From Dehalococcoidia bacterium (GTDB taxonomy: Bacteria > Chloroflexota > Dehalococcoidia > Bin125): 64,000 nt of DNA. The notes beneath the pieces were generated by a model. The model was given only the letters and a program-made list of their open reading frames with translations. It did not search any database and was not told the origin of the DNA. Position 1 is the stretch's first letter; each line of letters begins with the position of its first letter. The position numbers were made by a program, and so were the translations under genes. The stretch spans positions 928,001-992,000 of the forward strand of contig CAXXSR010000001.1 of the NCBI GenBank assembly GCA_963662615.2, given 5' to 3'. Shown here one piece after another: positions 20,297 to 29,203 of the stretch.

Positions 20297-20421
20297 GGCC
20301 GTCCCCCTGCCTTACAAGTTATGTCACGATTGTTCGGCCCCGCTGCGCGGCCCGGTTATGCGGCCAGGTTATGCGGCCCGGCCGGCGTCGCGCAGCGGCT
20401 GGCGGCGAAGGGGACAGGGCC

Positions 20422-20435
20422 GGAACGCATGTTCC
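20422..20435. promoter_or_regulatory. LexA (SOS) box upstream of dinB
   Basis: GGAAC-GCAT-GTTCC fits GAAC-N4-GTTC; -10-like TACGGT at 20443-20448. Confidence 0.85.
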
Positions 20436-20454
20436 ATTCTGCTACGGTTGCGCC

Positions 20455-21648
20455 ATGGCCGCCAGTGCGTCCACCAGACCCCTGCGGCAGATCATCCATG
20501 CGGATATGGACGCCTTCTTCGCCTCCATTGAGCAGCGCGACAACCCCAAGCTGCGGGGCAAGCCGGTGCTGGTGGGCGGATCGCCCAAGGCGCGCGGCGT
20601 GGTCGCCGCCGCTTCCTACGAAGCGCGGAGGTTCGGCTGTCGCTCCGCCATGCCCATGAAGAGCGCCGTTCGCCTCTGCCCGGCAGCGGCGATCGTCCCG
20701 CCGCGCCCCCCGCGCTACCGCGAGGTGAGCGGGCAGGTGATGGAGATCTTCCGCGCCGTGACGCCGCTCGTGGAAGCGCTCTCGCTGGACGAGGCGTTCC
20801 TCGACGTCAGCCACCTGGTCGAGGCCGGCGGCGCCGCGGACGCCATCGCCCGCCGCCTCAAGACGACCGTGCGCGAGGAGACGGAGTTGACCGTGTCGTG
20901 CGGAGTGGCCACGTCAAAGTCGGTGGCGAAGATCGCGTCGGAGATGCACAAGCCCGACGGGCTCACGGTGGCGCCGCCGGGAGGCGAGCGCGAATTCCTG
21001 GCCCCGCTGCCCATCGGCGACCTCTGGGGGGTGGGGCCGCGCACCGCCGAGCGGTTGCGCAAGGCCGGAGTGCACACGATCGGCGAGCTGAGTGAGCGGC
21101 CCCTGCCTTGGCTGATTGGGCGCTTCGGCGTGCGTGGCGAATGGTTCCACCGGCTCGCCCTGGGGCAGGACGACCGCCCCGTGGAGGTCGCGCGCGAAAC
21201 GAAATCGATCTCCGCAGAGGTGACCTACCCGGAGGACGTCAGCGATCACGACGTCTTAGCGGGCACGGTGCGGGAGCAGGCGCGGCGGGTCGCGACGCGG
21301 TTGCGCAAGGGGTCGCTGCGGGCGCGCACGGTGCAGATCAAGCTGCGCCTGGCCGACTTCACCACCTTCACACGCCGTCGCACGCTGCCCGCCGCCACCG
21401 ATACGGCCGCTTTGATTGAGGCGGCGGCGTTGGAGCTGCTGGAGCCCGAGGTGAGCCGGGGCCGCCGCTTCCGCCTGGTGGGCACGGGCGTCTCCAACTT
21501 GATTCCGTTGGAGACGGCCGCACAGCTCCCTCTCTTGGAGCGGCCACGCTCGTCGCCGCAGCTGGAGGACGCCGTCGTGCGCTTGCGCGAGCGTTACGGT
21601 GAGGCCGTGATCGGGCGCGGCGAGGCCGTCGCTGGGCGCGACGAATGA
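20455..21648 (+). CDS. dinB: DNA polymerase IV
   Basis: HADMDAFFASIEQ, SYEARRFG, SLDEAFLD, AKIASEMHKPDG. Confidence 0.96.
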   Translation: MAASASTRPLRQIIHADMDAFFASIEQRDNPKLRGKPVLVGGSPKARGVVAAASYEARRFGCRSAMPMKSAVRLCPAAAIVPPRPPRYREVSGQVMEIFRAVTPLVEALSLDEAFLDVSHLVEAGGAADAIARRLKTTVREETELTVSCGVATSKSVAKIASEMHKPDGLTVAPPGGEREFLAPLPIGDLWGVGPRTAERLRKAGVHTIGELSERPLPWLIGRFGVRGEWFHRLALGQDDRPVEVARETKSISAEVTYPEDVSDHDVLAGTVREQARRVATRLRKGSLRARTVQIKLRLADFTTFTRRRTLPAATDTAALIEAAALELLEPEVSRGRRFRLVGTGVSNLIPLETAAQLPLLERPRSSPQLEDAVVRLRERYGEAVIGRGEAVAGRDE

Positions 21649-22352
21649 GCCTGGCGGACAGGGCCCGCGCCTTCACGTTCGACTGCTACGGCACGTTAAT
21701 CGACTGGGAGCGCGGCATCGGCACGGCGCTGGACGAGATCCCGGCGCTGGCGGGCGTCGACCGCGACGCGTTCTTGCGCCGTCGGGAGGCCGAGGAGATG
21801 GCGGTGGAGGCGGAGGCGTACCGCCCCTACGACGCCGTCCTGGCGCTCAGCCTGGTGCGCGCGGCGGAGTCGTTCAACGTTGGCGTCACTGAGCGCGAGG
21901 CGCGCCGCTTCGGCGCGAGCGTGCCGGAGTGGCCGCCTCTCCCCGACGCGGCCCCGTTCCTGCGCCGCCTGCGCCGGTTGAACAAGCCGCTGGCGATCCT
22001 CTCCAACGTGACCAAGTCGGCGCTACGCGCGAGCGTGCGGGGGCTGGGCGTCCCCTTCGATCTGCTCGTCAGCGCGGAGGACGTGCGCGCCTACAAGCCG
22101 GCGCCGCAGCACTGGCTTCACGCCCAGGCGGCGCTGGGTGTGGGGCCGGGCGAGACGTTGCACATCGCGGCGTCCATGGTCCATGACATCCACCCCGCCG
22201 GCCTGCTGGGCATGCCGGCCGTCTGGGTGAACCGGCGCGGCGAATCTCTCCCCCATGGCTCTCTCGCCCAGGGCGTAGAGCCGGCGCTGGTGGTGAACGA
22301 TCTGGCAGAGCTGGCGGAGGCCTTGGGACTCCCGCAGGCCCCTTCCCGCTGA
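21645..22352 (+). CDS. HAD-family hydrolase (haloacid dehalogenase type II-like)
   Basis: TFDCYGTLIDWE, ILSN, YKP, HIAASMVHDI; ATGA overlap with dinB. Confidence 0.88.
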   Translation: MSLADRARAFTFDCYGTLIDWERGIGTALDEIPALAGVDRDAFLRRREAEEMAVEAEAYRPYDAVLALSLVRAAESFNVGVTEREARRFGASVPEWPPLPDAAPFLRRLRRLNKPLAILSNVTKSALRASVRGLGVPFDLLVSAEDVRAYKPAPQHWLHAQAALGVGPGETLHIAASMVHDIHPAGLLGMPAVWVNRRGESLPHGSLAQGVEPALVVNDLAELAEALGLPQAPSR

Positions 22353-22400
22353 CGGCGCAGGCGCTGCACGAGACGGCCGTCGCAGCGCGTGAGCGCCGCC

Positions 22401-22655
22401 TCACTCATCCAGCTTGGCGTAGACCAGCTCCTTGAGCTCCTTCAGCTCGGGGAAGCGACCGCTGGCGGCCTTGCTGTAGACCAGGGCGCCGTTCACGGTC
22501 CACTCAAAGAGGCCGGAATCGCCGGGGATCAAGGTCAGGCGCTGCACCTGCCCCTGAATCTCCGAGAGGATCTCGCCCACCATCCAGGTGGTGCGGGGGA
22601 GATAGTTTCAAGAGACGCAGTAGACAACGCTGATCTCGACGCCTTGGTCTGCCAT
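22401..22655 (-). CDS. SelW/Rdx-family selenoprotein (CxxU)
   Basis: MADQGVEISVVYCVS-U-NYLPRTTWMVGEIL...PGDSGLFEWTVNGALVYSKAASGRFPE; UGA at 22608-22610; GAGGAG RBS; downstream hairpin. Confidence 0.88.
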
Positions 22656-22797
22656 GGCTCTCCTCCTCACGCCGGTTCGCGCCAGTCTAGCTTAGCGACA
22701 CCGCCTGGCAACGGTCGCCGGCCGGCTTTCATGTTGGCACTGCCTTGATACGCTAGGGCCTTGCTACGCTAGGCCGCCGGGGAGGGAGCAGGATCGC

Positions 22798-23172
22798 ATG
22801 CGAATCATTCGCGTCTACACCGGCGACGACGAGCGCTCGCACTTTGAGGAGATCGACATCCCGCTGAGCGACCAGCGACTGGGCCGTGTCTCCGAGATGT
22901 TCGGGGCGACCGGAATTGCCTTTCGCGAGACGCCCGCGGACATGGAGATGGACTTCCACAACGCCCCCCGACGCCAGTTCGTGATCACGCTGTCCGGCGG
23001 CGCCGAGATCGAATGCGGCGACGGCAGCCGGCGGCAACTCGGCGCCGGCGACATTCTCCTGGCCGACGACACCACGGGGCAGGGCCATATCACCCGCGAG
23101 ATCGCGGGGCCGCGGCGCAGCATCTTCGTGGCGCTGCCCGACGACTTCGACGTCGATGCGCTGCGGAGCTAG
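22798..23172 (+). CDS. Cupin-like conserved hypothetical protein
   Basis: RVYTGDDERSHFEE, FHNAPRRQFVITLSG, DDTTGQGH. Confidence 0.8.
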   Translation: MRIIRVYTGDDERSHFEEIDIPLSDQRLGRVSEMFGATGIAFRETPADMEMDFHNAPRRQFVITLSGGAEIECGDGSRRQLGAGDILLADDTTGQGHITREIAGPRRSIFVALPDDFDVDALRS

Positions 23173-23222
23173 GAGCGCGCCGGCGCAACCGTGCCGGCAT
23201 CGCTGGGCGGGAGGCGGGTGAG

Positions 23223-24011
23223 ATGGAGCTAGGGATTCGCGGGCGGCGGGCCCTGGTCACCGGCGCCAGTCGCGGCATCGGCCTGGCCGTGGCGGAAGGG
23301 CTGGCGGCCGAGGGCGTCGACGTTGCCTTGGTGGCGCGCAGTCGCGACCTGTTGGAGCGCGCGGCGGGCGCGATTGAGGACGGCCAGGGCGTGCGCGCCG
23401 TCGCCGTCGTCGCCGACCTGAGCGGCCTGGACGGGGTGCGGGCCGCCGCCCGTGAGGCGGTGGCGGCGCTAGGCGGCGTCGACATCCTGATCAACAACGC
23501 CGGCGCCATCCCGGTCGGATCACTGAGCGCGCTGGAGGACAGCGAGGTGCTGGCGGCCTGGGACCTGAAGTTGCACGGGTACGTGCGCATGGCCCGCGAG
23601 CTGCTCCCGGCGATGCAGGAGCAGGGCTGGGGGCGGGTCGTCAACATCATCGGCCTGGCGGGGAAGCAGCCCAGCGCGGGCTACATCTACGGCGGGACCG
23701 CCAACGCGGCGCTGATGAACTTCACCAAGGGGCTGGCGCTGGCGGTGGCGAAGGACGGCGTTCTGGTCAACGCGATCAACCCGGGCCCCATCGCCACGGA
23801 TCGCCACAGGGAGATGAATCAGGCGCGGGCACGGGAGGCGGGGCTGTCGCTGGAGGAGATCGAGGCGCGCCAGAGCCGGGCGGTGCCGATGGGCCGGGTG
23901 GGGCGGCCGGAAGAGGTCGCCGACCTGGCGGTCTACCTCAGCTCGGAGCGCTGCGGCTTTGTCCACGCCGCTGTCGTGCCGGTGGGCGGGGGGCTGGGGG
24001 CGTCGTTGTAG
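23223..24011 (+). CDS. Short-chain dehydrogenase/reductase
   Basis: TGASRGIG, INNAG, VNAINPG. Confidence 0.9.
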   Translation: MELGIRGRRALVTGASRGIGLAVAEGLAAEGVDVALVARSRDLLERAAGAIEDGQGVRAVAVVADLSGLDGVRAAAREAVAALGGVDILINNAGAIPVGSLSALEDSEVLAAWDLKLHGYVRMARELLPAMQEQGWGRVVNIIGLAGKQPSAGYIYGGTANAALMNFTKGLALAVAKDGVLVNAINPGPIATDRHREMNQARAREAGLSLEEIEARQSRAVPMGRVGRPEEVADLAVYLSSERCGFVHAAVVPVGGGLGASL

Positions 24012-24033
24012 GGATGTCGTAGTGCCCGGGGAG

Positions 24034-24621
24034 CTAACTTGCTCGGGCGGTCCGTCTCGGACTCCGGCGCGCCGGGCCGGTTTTGCTGGTCGGTCCGCGG
24101 CTCCTCACCTTCCAGCCCTTGGCGCTGTTGAGGCTGACCATGAGCCCCGCCTTCGGGCCGGCGCGACCGTCCTCGAAATGGCCGTGATGGGCGATCAGGT
24201 CGCCTCGGTCGATCGCCTTGTGGACGGATTTCACCTGGACGTCCTTCTGCGTGGCGATGGTCGAGACGGGGACGAAGGTGTCTTGGCGCGGGTCCTGGAG
24301 CCAACGCTTGTGGCGCGGCGCCCGCATCTTGCCCTGCTGGATGCCCAAGCGGACGTCGAGATCGTAGAGCGCTTGATAGAGCGGGTGCGACCAGCTCTCG
24401 CGTGTGACGAAGCCGTCCGTCTTCCGCAGGACGGGGTTCTTGGTCGTGTGAACAAAGCGGGCGTTGAAGTCCCGCCAAGTGACCACGCTTTCGCTGTCTT
24501 CAGCTTCCAGTGCCGCCATGACGAGCGCGGTCGCCTTTCGCAGGTGGGCGGCCTCCTCCGCCGTCAGGTCCGACAGATCCAGAACGTCGCCGTCGATGGT
24601 GGTGTGCGTTGCTAGCGGCAT
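24034..24621 (-). CDS. Hypothetical protein with possible C-terminal excisionase-like HTH
   Basis: GGAGGTG RBS; VSTIATQKDVQVKSVHKAIDRGDLIA resembles an HTH; AT-rich upstream region. Confidence 0.6.
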   Translation of the reverse strand: MPLATHTTIDGDVLDLSDLTAEEAAHLRKATALVMAALEAEDSESVVTWRDFNARFVHTTKNPVLRKTDGFVTRESWSHPLYQALYDLDVRLGIQQGKMRAPRHKRWLQDPRQDTFVPVSTIATQKDVQVKSVHKAIDRGDLIAHHGHFEDGRAGPKAGLMVSLNSAKGWKVRSRGPTSKTGPARRSPRRTARAS

Positions 24622-24795
24622 GGGGCACCTCCCCGGACTCCGTACTTCATAGTACAGAGTATAATATAATGCGGCGTTGAGTCACCCCATCAGGGCGGCA
24701 CTGCGACGGGCCAAGGAGGCCCTAGTGATTCGAGCCGACATGCTCTACCTTGCGGCGACGGCAACACCTTCGCTGAAGATAGGAGCCGACCAGTC

Positions 24796-25107
24796 GTGGC
24801 AAAGTACATCATTCGATTCAAGGTAAATCCCGAAGCATGGCCCACCGACCAAGCGGGGGTGCTGAAAGCCTGGGAGGGAGTCGTCGGCGGCGGCACCGCG
24901 CTCCTTGAAAGCGGCACCCTCGCGGAGATCAACTGGACGAGTAACCTCGCGGGGTACGCGATCATGGAGACCACGTCGAAGAGCGCGGCACTCGGAGTCG
25001 CGACGCCCTTCTTCCCGTTGTTCAACCAGGAGATCGACGAGGTTTTGCCCTGGGCGGAGGCGACAGCGGCCATCCTGGGCGCCGCGAAGGCGGCCGCCGG
25101 GCAGTAA
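24796..25107 (+). CDS. Hypothetical protein (103 aa)
   Basis: AGGAG RBS; globular composition MAKYIIRFKVNPEAWPTD. Confidence 0.65.
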   Translation: MAKYIIRFKVNPEAWPTDQAGVLKAWEGVVGGGTALLESGTLAEINWTSNLAGYAIMETTSKSAALGVATPFFPLFNQEIDEVLPWAEATAAILGAAKAAAGQ

Positions 25108-25200
25108 GCGGGGCCTGAAGCATCGGTGTCAGGCTGGTCGTCTAGTCGGTCACTCTTCGACTGGCTCGCACCCGATCACCTGTTTTGCACTTCCCTCGTC

Positions 25201-25229
25201 TTGACAACGAGAACGCTTGTTCTTATCCT
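25201..25229 (+). promoter_or_regulatory. Sigma70 promoter with an embedded LexA box
   Basis: TTGACA (25201-06), 17 bp, TATCCT (25224-29); AGAAC-GCTT-GTTCT at 25210-25223. Confidence 0.88.
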
Positions 25230-25252
25230 CAGCGATCCGTGGAGGTGCGACG

Positions 25253-25498
25253 ATGGCGAGCGGAGTTGAGGTGCATTGCCCAGCCTGCGGGCTGCCCGTG
25301 GAAGAAGGCGTGGCGGCGCCGGGGCTGGGACCGCAGGTGCGGCCGGGCAGCTTCCCCATTCGCGACCTCACGTTTCACCCCGCCTGCGCCTTCGGCCACG
25401 CCATCCACCTGCTCACGGCCGTCAAGCAGAAGGCGTGGCGGCCCAACTCGCCGATGCGAGAGCTGGCGGGGCCGCCGCCGCCCCCGCCGCCCGGCTGA
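25253..25498 (+). CDS. Small putative Zn-binding protein (CxxC...HxxC)
   Basis: GGAGG RBS; HCPACG...FHPACAFGH; directly downstream of the SOS promoter. Confidence 0.7.
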   Translation: MASGVEVHCPACGLPVEEGVAAPGLGPQVRPGSFPIRDLTFHPACAFGHAIHLLTAVKQKAWRPNSPMRELAGPPPPPPPG

Positions 25499-25501
25499 CG
25501 G

Positions 25502-25717
25502 ATGTGGCGCTGCACGTTCTGCCGGCGACCCGCGACGGGCTGGATCTGGCTCATCCGTTGGCGGGTTGCCAACGCCAAGCGGGAGGCGACGTCGGAGCGG
25601 GACGTCCGGGTCTTTAGCTGCTCGCTCTGCCGTACTCGCTTGGTGGGCGGACGGCTCTTCCTCAGGGACGGCTCGGCCTACGGCGCGGATGCGGCGCAGG
25701 GAAGCGCGCCGGCCTGA
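25502..25717 (+). CDS. Small putative Zn-finger protein (CxxC...CxxC)
   Basis: MWRCTFC...FSCSLC; 3 nt after the previous stop. Confidence 0.65.
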   Translation: MWRCTFCRRPATGWIWLIRWRVANAKREATSERDVRVFSCSLCRTRLVGGRLFLRDGSAYGADAAQGSAPA

Positions 25718-25748
25718 AGTGCGCTGGCCTGAAATGCGACGGCCTGAG
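25701..25748. repeat. 15-bp tandem repeat x3 spanning a stop codon
   Basis: GAAGCGCGCCGGCCT / GAAGTGCGCTGGCCT / GAAATGCGACGGCCT. Confidence 0.75.
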
Positions 25749-25762
25749 GCTATGCTGGTCGC

Positions 25763-26449
25763 ATGTGCGGCCGCTTCACCCTCTCGCTCGCGGCGGACCG
25801 AGCGGCGCGGGAGTTGGGCATTCCCGTGGAGACGTGGCTGGAGATGGTCACCCGGCCGCGGTTCAACATCGCGCCCATGCAGACGCATCCCGTCGTAGTG
25901 ATGCCGCGTGAGGATCGCGAGTTGGCGCCGGCGCGCTGGGGCCTGGTCAACTTTTGGGCCAAGGACAACAAACGGGCCGCCCGGCAGATCAACGCCCGCG
26001 CCGAGACCCTGGACACGCGGCCGGCGTACCGGGCGGCGTTCAAGAGCCGGCGCTGCGTCGTGCCGGCCGACGGCTTCTACGAGTGGACCGGTCCCAAAGC
26101 GAAGCGGCAGCCGCTGTGGTACCACCGGCCCGACGGCGGGCTCCTCCTCTTCGCCGGGCTGTACGAGTCGTGGCGCCCCGAGCCGGAGCGGGAGGAGACC
26201 ACCTTCACCATCGTCACGACGCGCGCCAACGAACTGATGGCGCCGGTGCACGATCGCATGCCGGTGGTCCTCGCCGATTGCGCCGTGGACGAGTGGCTCT
26301 TCGCGGAGGCGACCGACGTGACGGCGCTGAAGGATCTGCTGGCGCCGCCGCCCGACGATCTACTCACCGTCACGCCCGCGTCGATGCGGGTGAACGCGGT
26401 CAAGAACGACGACGCCGCTTTGCTCGTCGCGGAGGAGGCGACGCTCTAG
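25763..26449 (+). CDS. SOS response-associated peptidase (SRAP/YedK/HMCES family)
   Basis: MCGRF (Cys2), RFNIAP, WGL, INARAET, RRCVVPADGFYEW, HDRMPV. Confidence 0.95.
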   Translation: MCGRFTLSLAADRAARELGIPVETWLEMVTRPRFNIAPMQTHPVVVMPREDRELAPARWGLVNFWAKDNKRAARQINARAETLDTRPAYRAAFKSRRCVVPADGFYEWTGPKAKRQPLWYHRPDGGLLLFAGLYESWRPEPEREETTFTIVTTRANELMAPVHDRMPVVLADCAVDEWLFAEATDVTALKDLLAPPPDDLLTVTPASMRVNAVKNDDAALLVAEEATL

Positions 26450-26468
26450 CGCGGTCCTCCTCGGTTCC

Positions 26469-27275
26469 TCATGGCGTCGCCGTTCCCGTGATCATGCTGC
26501 CGGCGTCCAGCCCCGGCGCCAGTTCGGGCACCCAAACGACCGCGACCGCCAGTCCCAAAGCGACCATCGCAATCACTTTGCCGAACGCTTCTCCGCGCGA
26601 CCAGAGCTTCTCGATCGCGACGACCGCGGCCAGCCCGACCATGGCCCACAGGTTCATGAACCCGAAGGCGGCCATCAAGACCATCAGCGACCAGCAGCAA
26701 CTCAGGCAGACGAGGCCGTTGTGCGCGCCCGCGCGGAGATCGCGCAGCGCCCCTTGAAACGAGGCGGCCTGATAGATCTGGGCGATGGGCGAGCGACAGT
26801 GCGCCAGGCAGCGATACTTGAATGGCGTCAGTTGATAGACGCCACAGGCGGCGAAGATCGTCACGGCGGCGACCGTCCCAACGATGGGCGCCGCGCGCAC
26901 GATTTCGTCCACGCCCCGCGCCAGCGCGAACGCCGGCAGGCCCGCCGCTCCCCACACCAGCAAGTAGCCGCCGGCGAAGAGCAGCAGTCGTGGCAGCCGG
27001 TTCGAGACGATGGTGCGGGAATACATGGAGGCGAACGGCGCCGCCGAGGGCAGCATCATCGCCGTCATCATCAGCGTCCACATGACGATGAAGGCGGCGG
27101 CGTCCCTGCCCATCGTGCCGGGCATGGCGCCGATGCCGCCGGCCTGATCCACGGTCCAGGCCCAGGCGGCGCCCGCCAGCAGCAACAAGAGCAGCAGCTG
27201 CCGCCAGGACCAACGCAGGCCGGGGGCGGATGCCGTAGCGACACGGTCCATGGCGACACGGTCCATGGCGCTCAC
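26469..27275 (-). CDS. DUF2182 metal-binding integral membrane protein
   Basis: MWTLMMTAMMLPSAAP, YQLTPFKYRCLAHCRSP, CLSCCWSLM, EK. Confidence 0.9.
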   Translation of the reverse strand: MSAMDRVAMDRVATASAPGLRWSWRQLLLLLLLAGAAWAWTVDQAGGIGAMPGTMGRDAAAFIVMWTLMMTAMMLPSAAPFASMYSRTIVSNRLPRLLLFAGGYLLVWGAAGLPAFALARGVDEIVRAAPIVGTVAAVTIFAACGVYQLTPFKYRCLAHCRSPIAQIYQAASFQGALRDLRAGAHNGLVCLSCCWSLMVLMAAFGFMNLWAMVGLAAVVAIEKLWSRGEAFGKVIAMVALGLAVAVVWVPELAPGLDAGSMITGTATP

Positions 27276-27889
27276 GCGCTCCAGTTAAAGGGCGCCGAGT
27301 GCCCGTTCTTGCCGGAACTGTCCCACTCCATCCCGAACGCCTTCACGCGGGCCTGTTGGGCGCGGGCGATCGTCAGCGTGGAGTTGACCCGATGCAACAG
27401 GCCGGTCAACTTCGATACCTCGCGGGTTTCGGGCTGCCCTCGGCGGCGCGGCACGAAGTCCTCGATCTCGACATCGATGTCGTCGCCCACGCTGACGCGG
27501 TGCCGGCGCCCGTCATCGGCGTAGGCGATCGGCGCGCGCTCCACTCCCAGATCCTCGCCCACCAGTGGTAGCACAGCTGCGAAGGGCCCGCCGGCCTGCC
27601 CGCTGAACACGCGCTGCAAGGCGTCGGCCTGCTCCTGGGAAGCGTCGGCATCGATGATCAGTCCGCTCCGCCAGTTCCCCTCCGACATGAGCGGCGGCGT
27701 ATCACGAAGGATCACGACCGAGGTGCCGCTCACGTCCACACCTTCGATCTCCCCATTGGTGACGTGAAACGCCTGCAACACAAGGCAGCGGTCGTAGTCC
27801 GCCAGGACGGTCCCCGCCGATGTCGTGCAGGGACAGACCATGTCGCAGTTGCAGTTCTCGAGGAAGGTTCCTTCTAATCGCCAGGCCAT
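27272..27889 (-). CDS. DUF1326 family protein
   Basis: WRLEGTFLENCNCDMVCPC, GNWR, GKNGHSAPFNW; usual partner of DUF2182. Confidence 0.9.
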   Translation of the reverse strand: MAWRLEGTFLENCNCDMVCPCTTSAGTVLADYDRCLVLQAFHVTNGEIEGVDVSGTSVVILRDTPPLMSEGNWRSGLIIDADASQEQADALQRVFSGQAGGPFAAVLPLVGEDLGVERAPIAYADDGRRHRVSVGDDIDVEIEDFVPRRRGQPETREVSKLTGLLHRVNSTLTIARAQQARVKAFGMEWDSSGKNGHSAPFNWSA

Positions 27890-27970
27890 CTCGTCCCTCC
27901 TATTCGTCTGCGGGATGCTAGGCGCGCTCGAACGCCCCGTCAAAGTGAGCGGGCACGGTGCAGGCGCGAC

Positions 27971-29137
27971 TCAGAACTGCCGCTCGGCGATGTTGCGGCC
28001 GATGACGAGGCGCTGGATCTGGTTGGTGCCTTCGAAGATCTGGAAGATCTTGGCGTCGCGCATCCACTTCTCCACGGGCGCTTCGCGCATGAAGCCGAGG
28101 CCGCCGCAGACCTGAACGGCGTCGGTGGTGACCTTCATGGCGGTGTCGGCGGCGAAGCACTTGGCCTTACTGGCTTCCTCGAACGTGCAGGGCTGCTGCC
28201 GGGCGATGAGCCAGCCGGCCTTCCAACTGAGCAGCCGCGCCGCCTCGATGGCGATGTCCATGTCGGCCAGCATGAACGAGACCCCCTGGTTCTCGCCAAC
28301 GGGAGCGCCGAACTGCCGCCGCTCACGGGCGTAGGTGGCCGCGTATTCGAAGGCGGCCCGGGCCAGGCCGATGGCCAACGCCGCGATCCAGGGCCGGGTG
28401 GCCATGAGGCTGCCCAGGACCCCAGCGCCACCACTGCGGAAGTCCGGGTCGGCAGGCCCTAGGCGATGATCGGCGGGGACCCGCACGTCCTCCAGCAGCA
28501 GGTCGGCGGTGTGGCTGGCGCGGATGCCCATCTTCTTCCAGACCGTCCCCTGTGAGAGGCCGGGGCTGTCCTTGGGAACGGCGAACGCGGACACACCGTG
28601 GAAGGTTGAGCCGGCATCCTCCCGCGCGAAGATCACCGTCAGGTCGGCGATGCCGCCGCAGGTGATGAAGCGCTTGGCGCCGTTGAGCACGTAGTCGTCG
28701 CCGTCGCGGACGGCGCGCGTGCGCATGGCGCCGGCGTCGGAGCCGGACTCGGCCTCGGTGATCCCCAGGGCGCCCACGTGCGCCTCCCCGTCCAGGGCGG
28801 TGCACATGGGCAGGAAACGCTGGCGCTGCTGGTCGGTGCCAATGACGTTGATGGCGGTGGCGGCGAGGCCGTTGGCGAGCATGGCGATGGCGATGCCGGC
28901 GCAGCCCCAGGCCAGCTCCTCCGCGATCACCAGCGACGTGAAGGCGCTCGTCTCCACGTTGGGGCCGCCCCAGGCCTGACCGGCCAGCCCGAGCCGGGCC
29001 CCCGCACGGACGATCTCCCAGGGGAACTCTTCGCGGTCGTCGAACGCCGCGGCGGCGGGACGGATCTCCTTCGTGGCGAAGTCGTGCGCCAACTGCTTGG
29101 CCATGCGGTCCGCTTCCGTGAGCTGGAAGCCGATCAT
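27971..29137 (-). CDS. Acyl-CoA dehydrogenase
   Basis: ITEAESGSD, GAKRFIT, KMGIRAS, RRQFG, RDAKIFQIFEGTNQIQR. Confidence 0.95.
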   Translation of the reverse strand: MIGFQLTEADRMAKQLAHDFATKEIRPAAAAFDDREEFPWEIVRAGARLGLAGQAWGGPNVETSAFTSLVIAEELAWGCAGIAIAMLANGLAATAINVIGTDQQRQRFLPMCTALDGEAHVGALGITEAESGSDAGAMRTRAVRDGDDYVLNGAKRFITCGGIADLTVIFAREDAGSTFHGVSAFAVPKDSPGLSQGTVWKKMGIRASHTADLLLEDVRVPADHRLGPADPDFRSGGAGVLGSLMATRPWIAALAIGLARAAFEYAATYARERRQFGAPVGENQGVSFMLADMDIAIEAARLLSWKAGWLIARQQPCTFEEASKAKCFAADTAMKVTTDAVQVCGGLGFMREAPVEKWMRDAKIFQIFEGTNQIQRLVIGRNIAERQF

Positions 29138-29203
29138 GGCGCTCTCCTCTCGCGCGGCGAGGGCGGTCTCGTGGTGCGCGCTGCGATCGCGTGTCGCAGG
29201 CCT

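Noticed and set aside
24642-24655. Third SOS box
   Set aside because: GTAC-N6-GTAC does not fit the GAAC-N4-GTTC spacing seen at the other two sites
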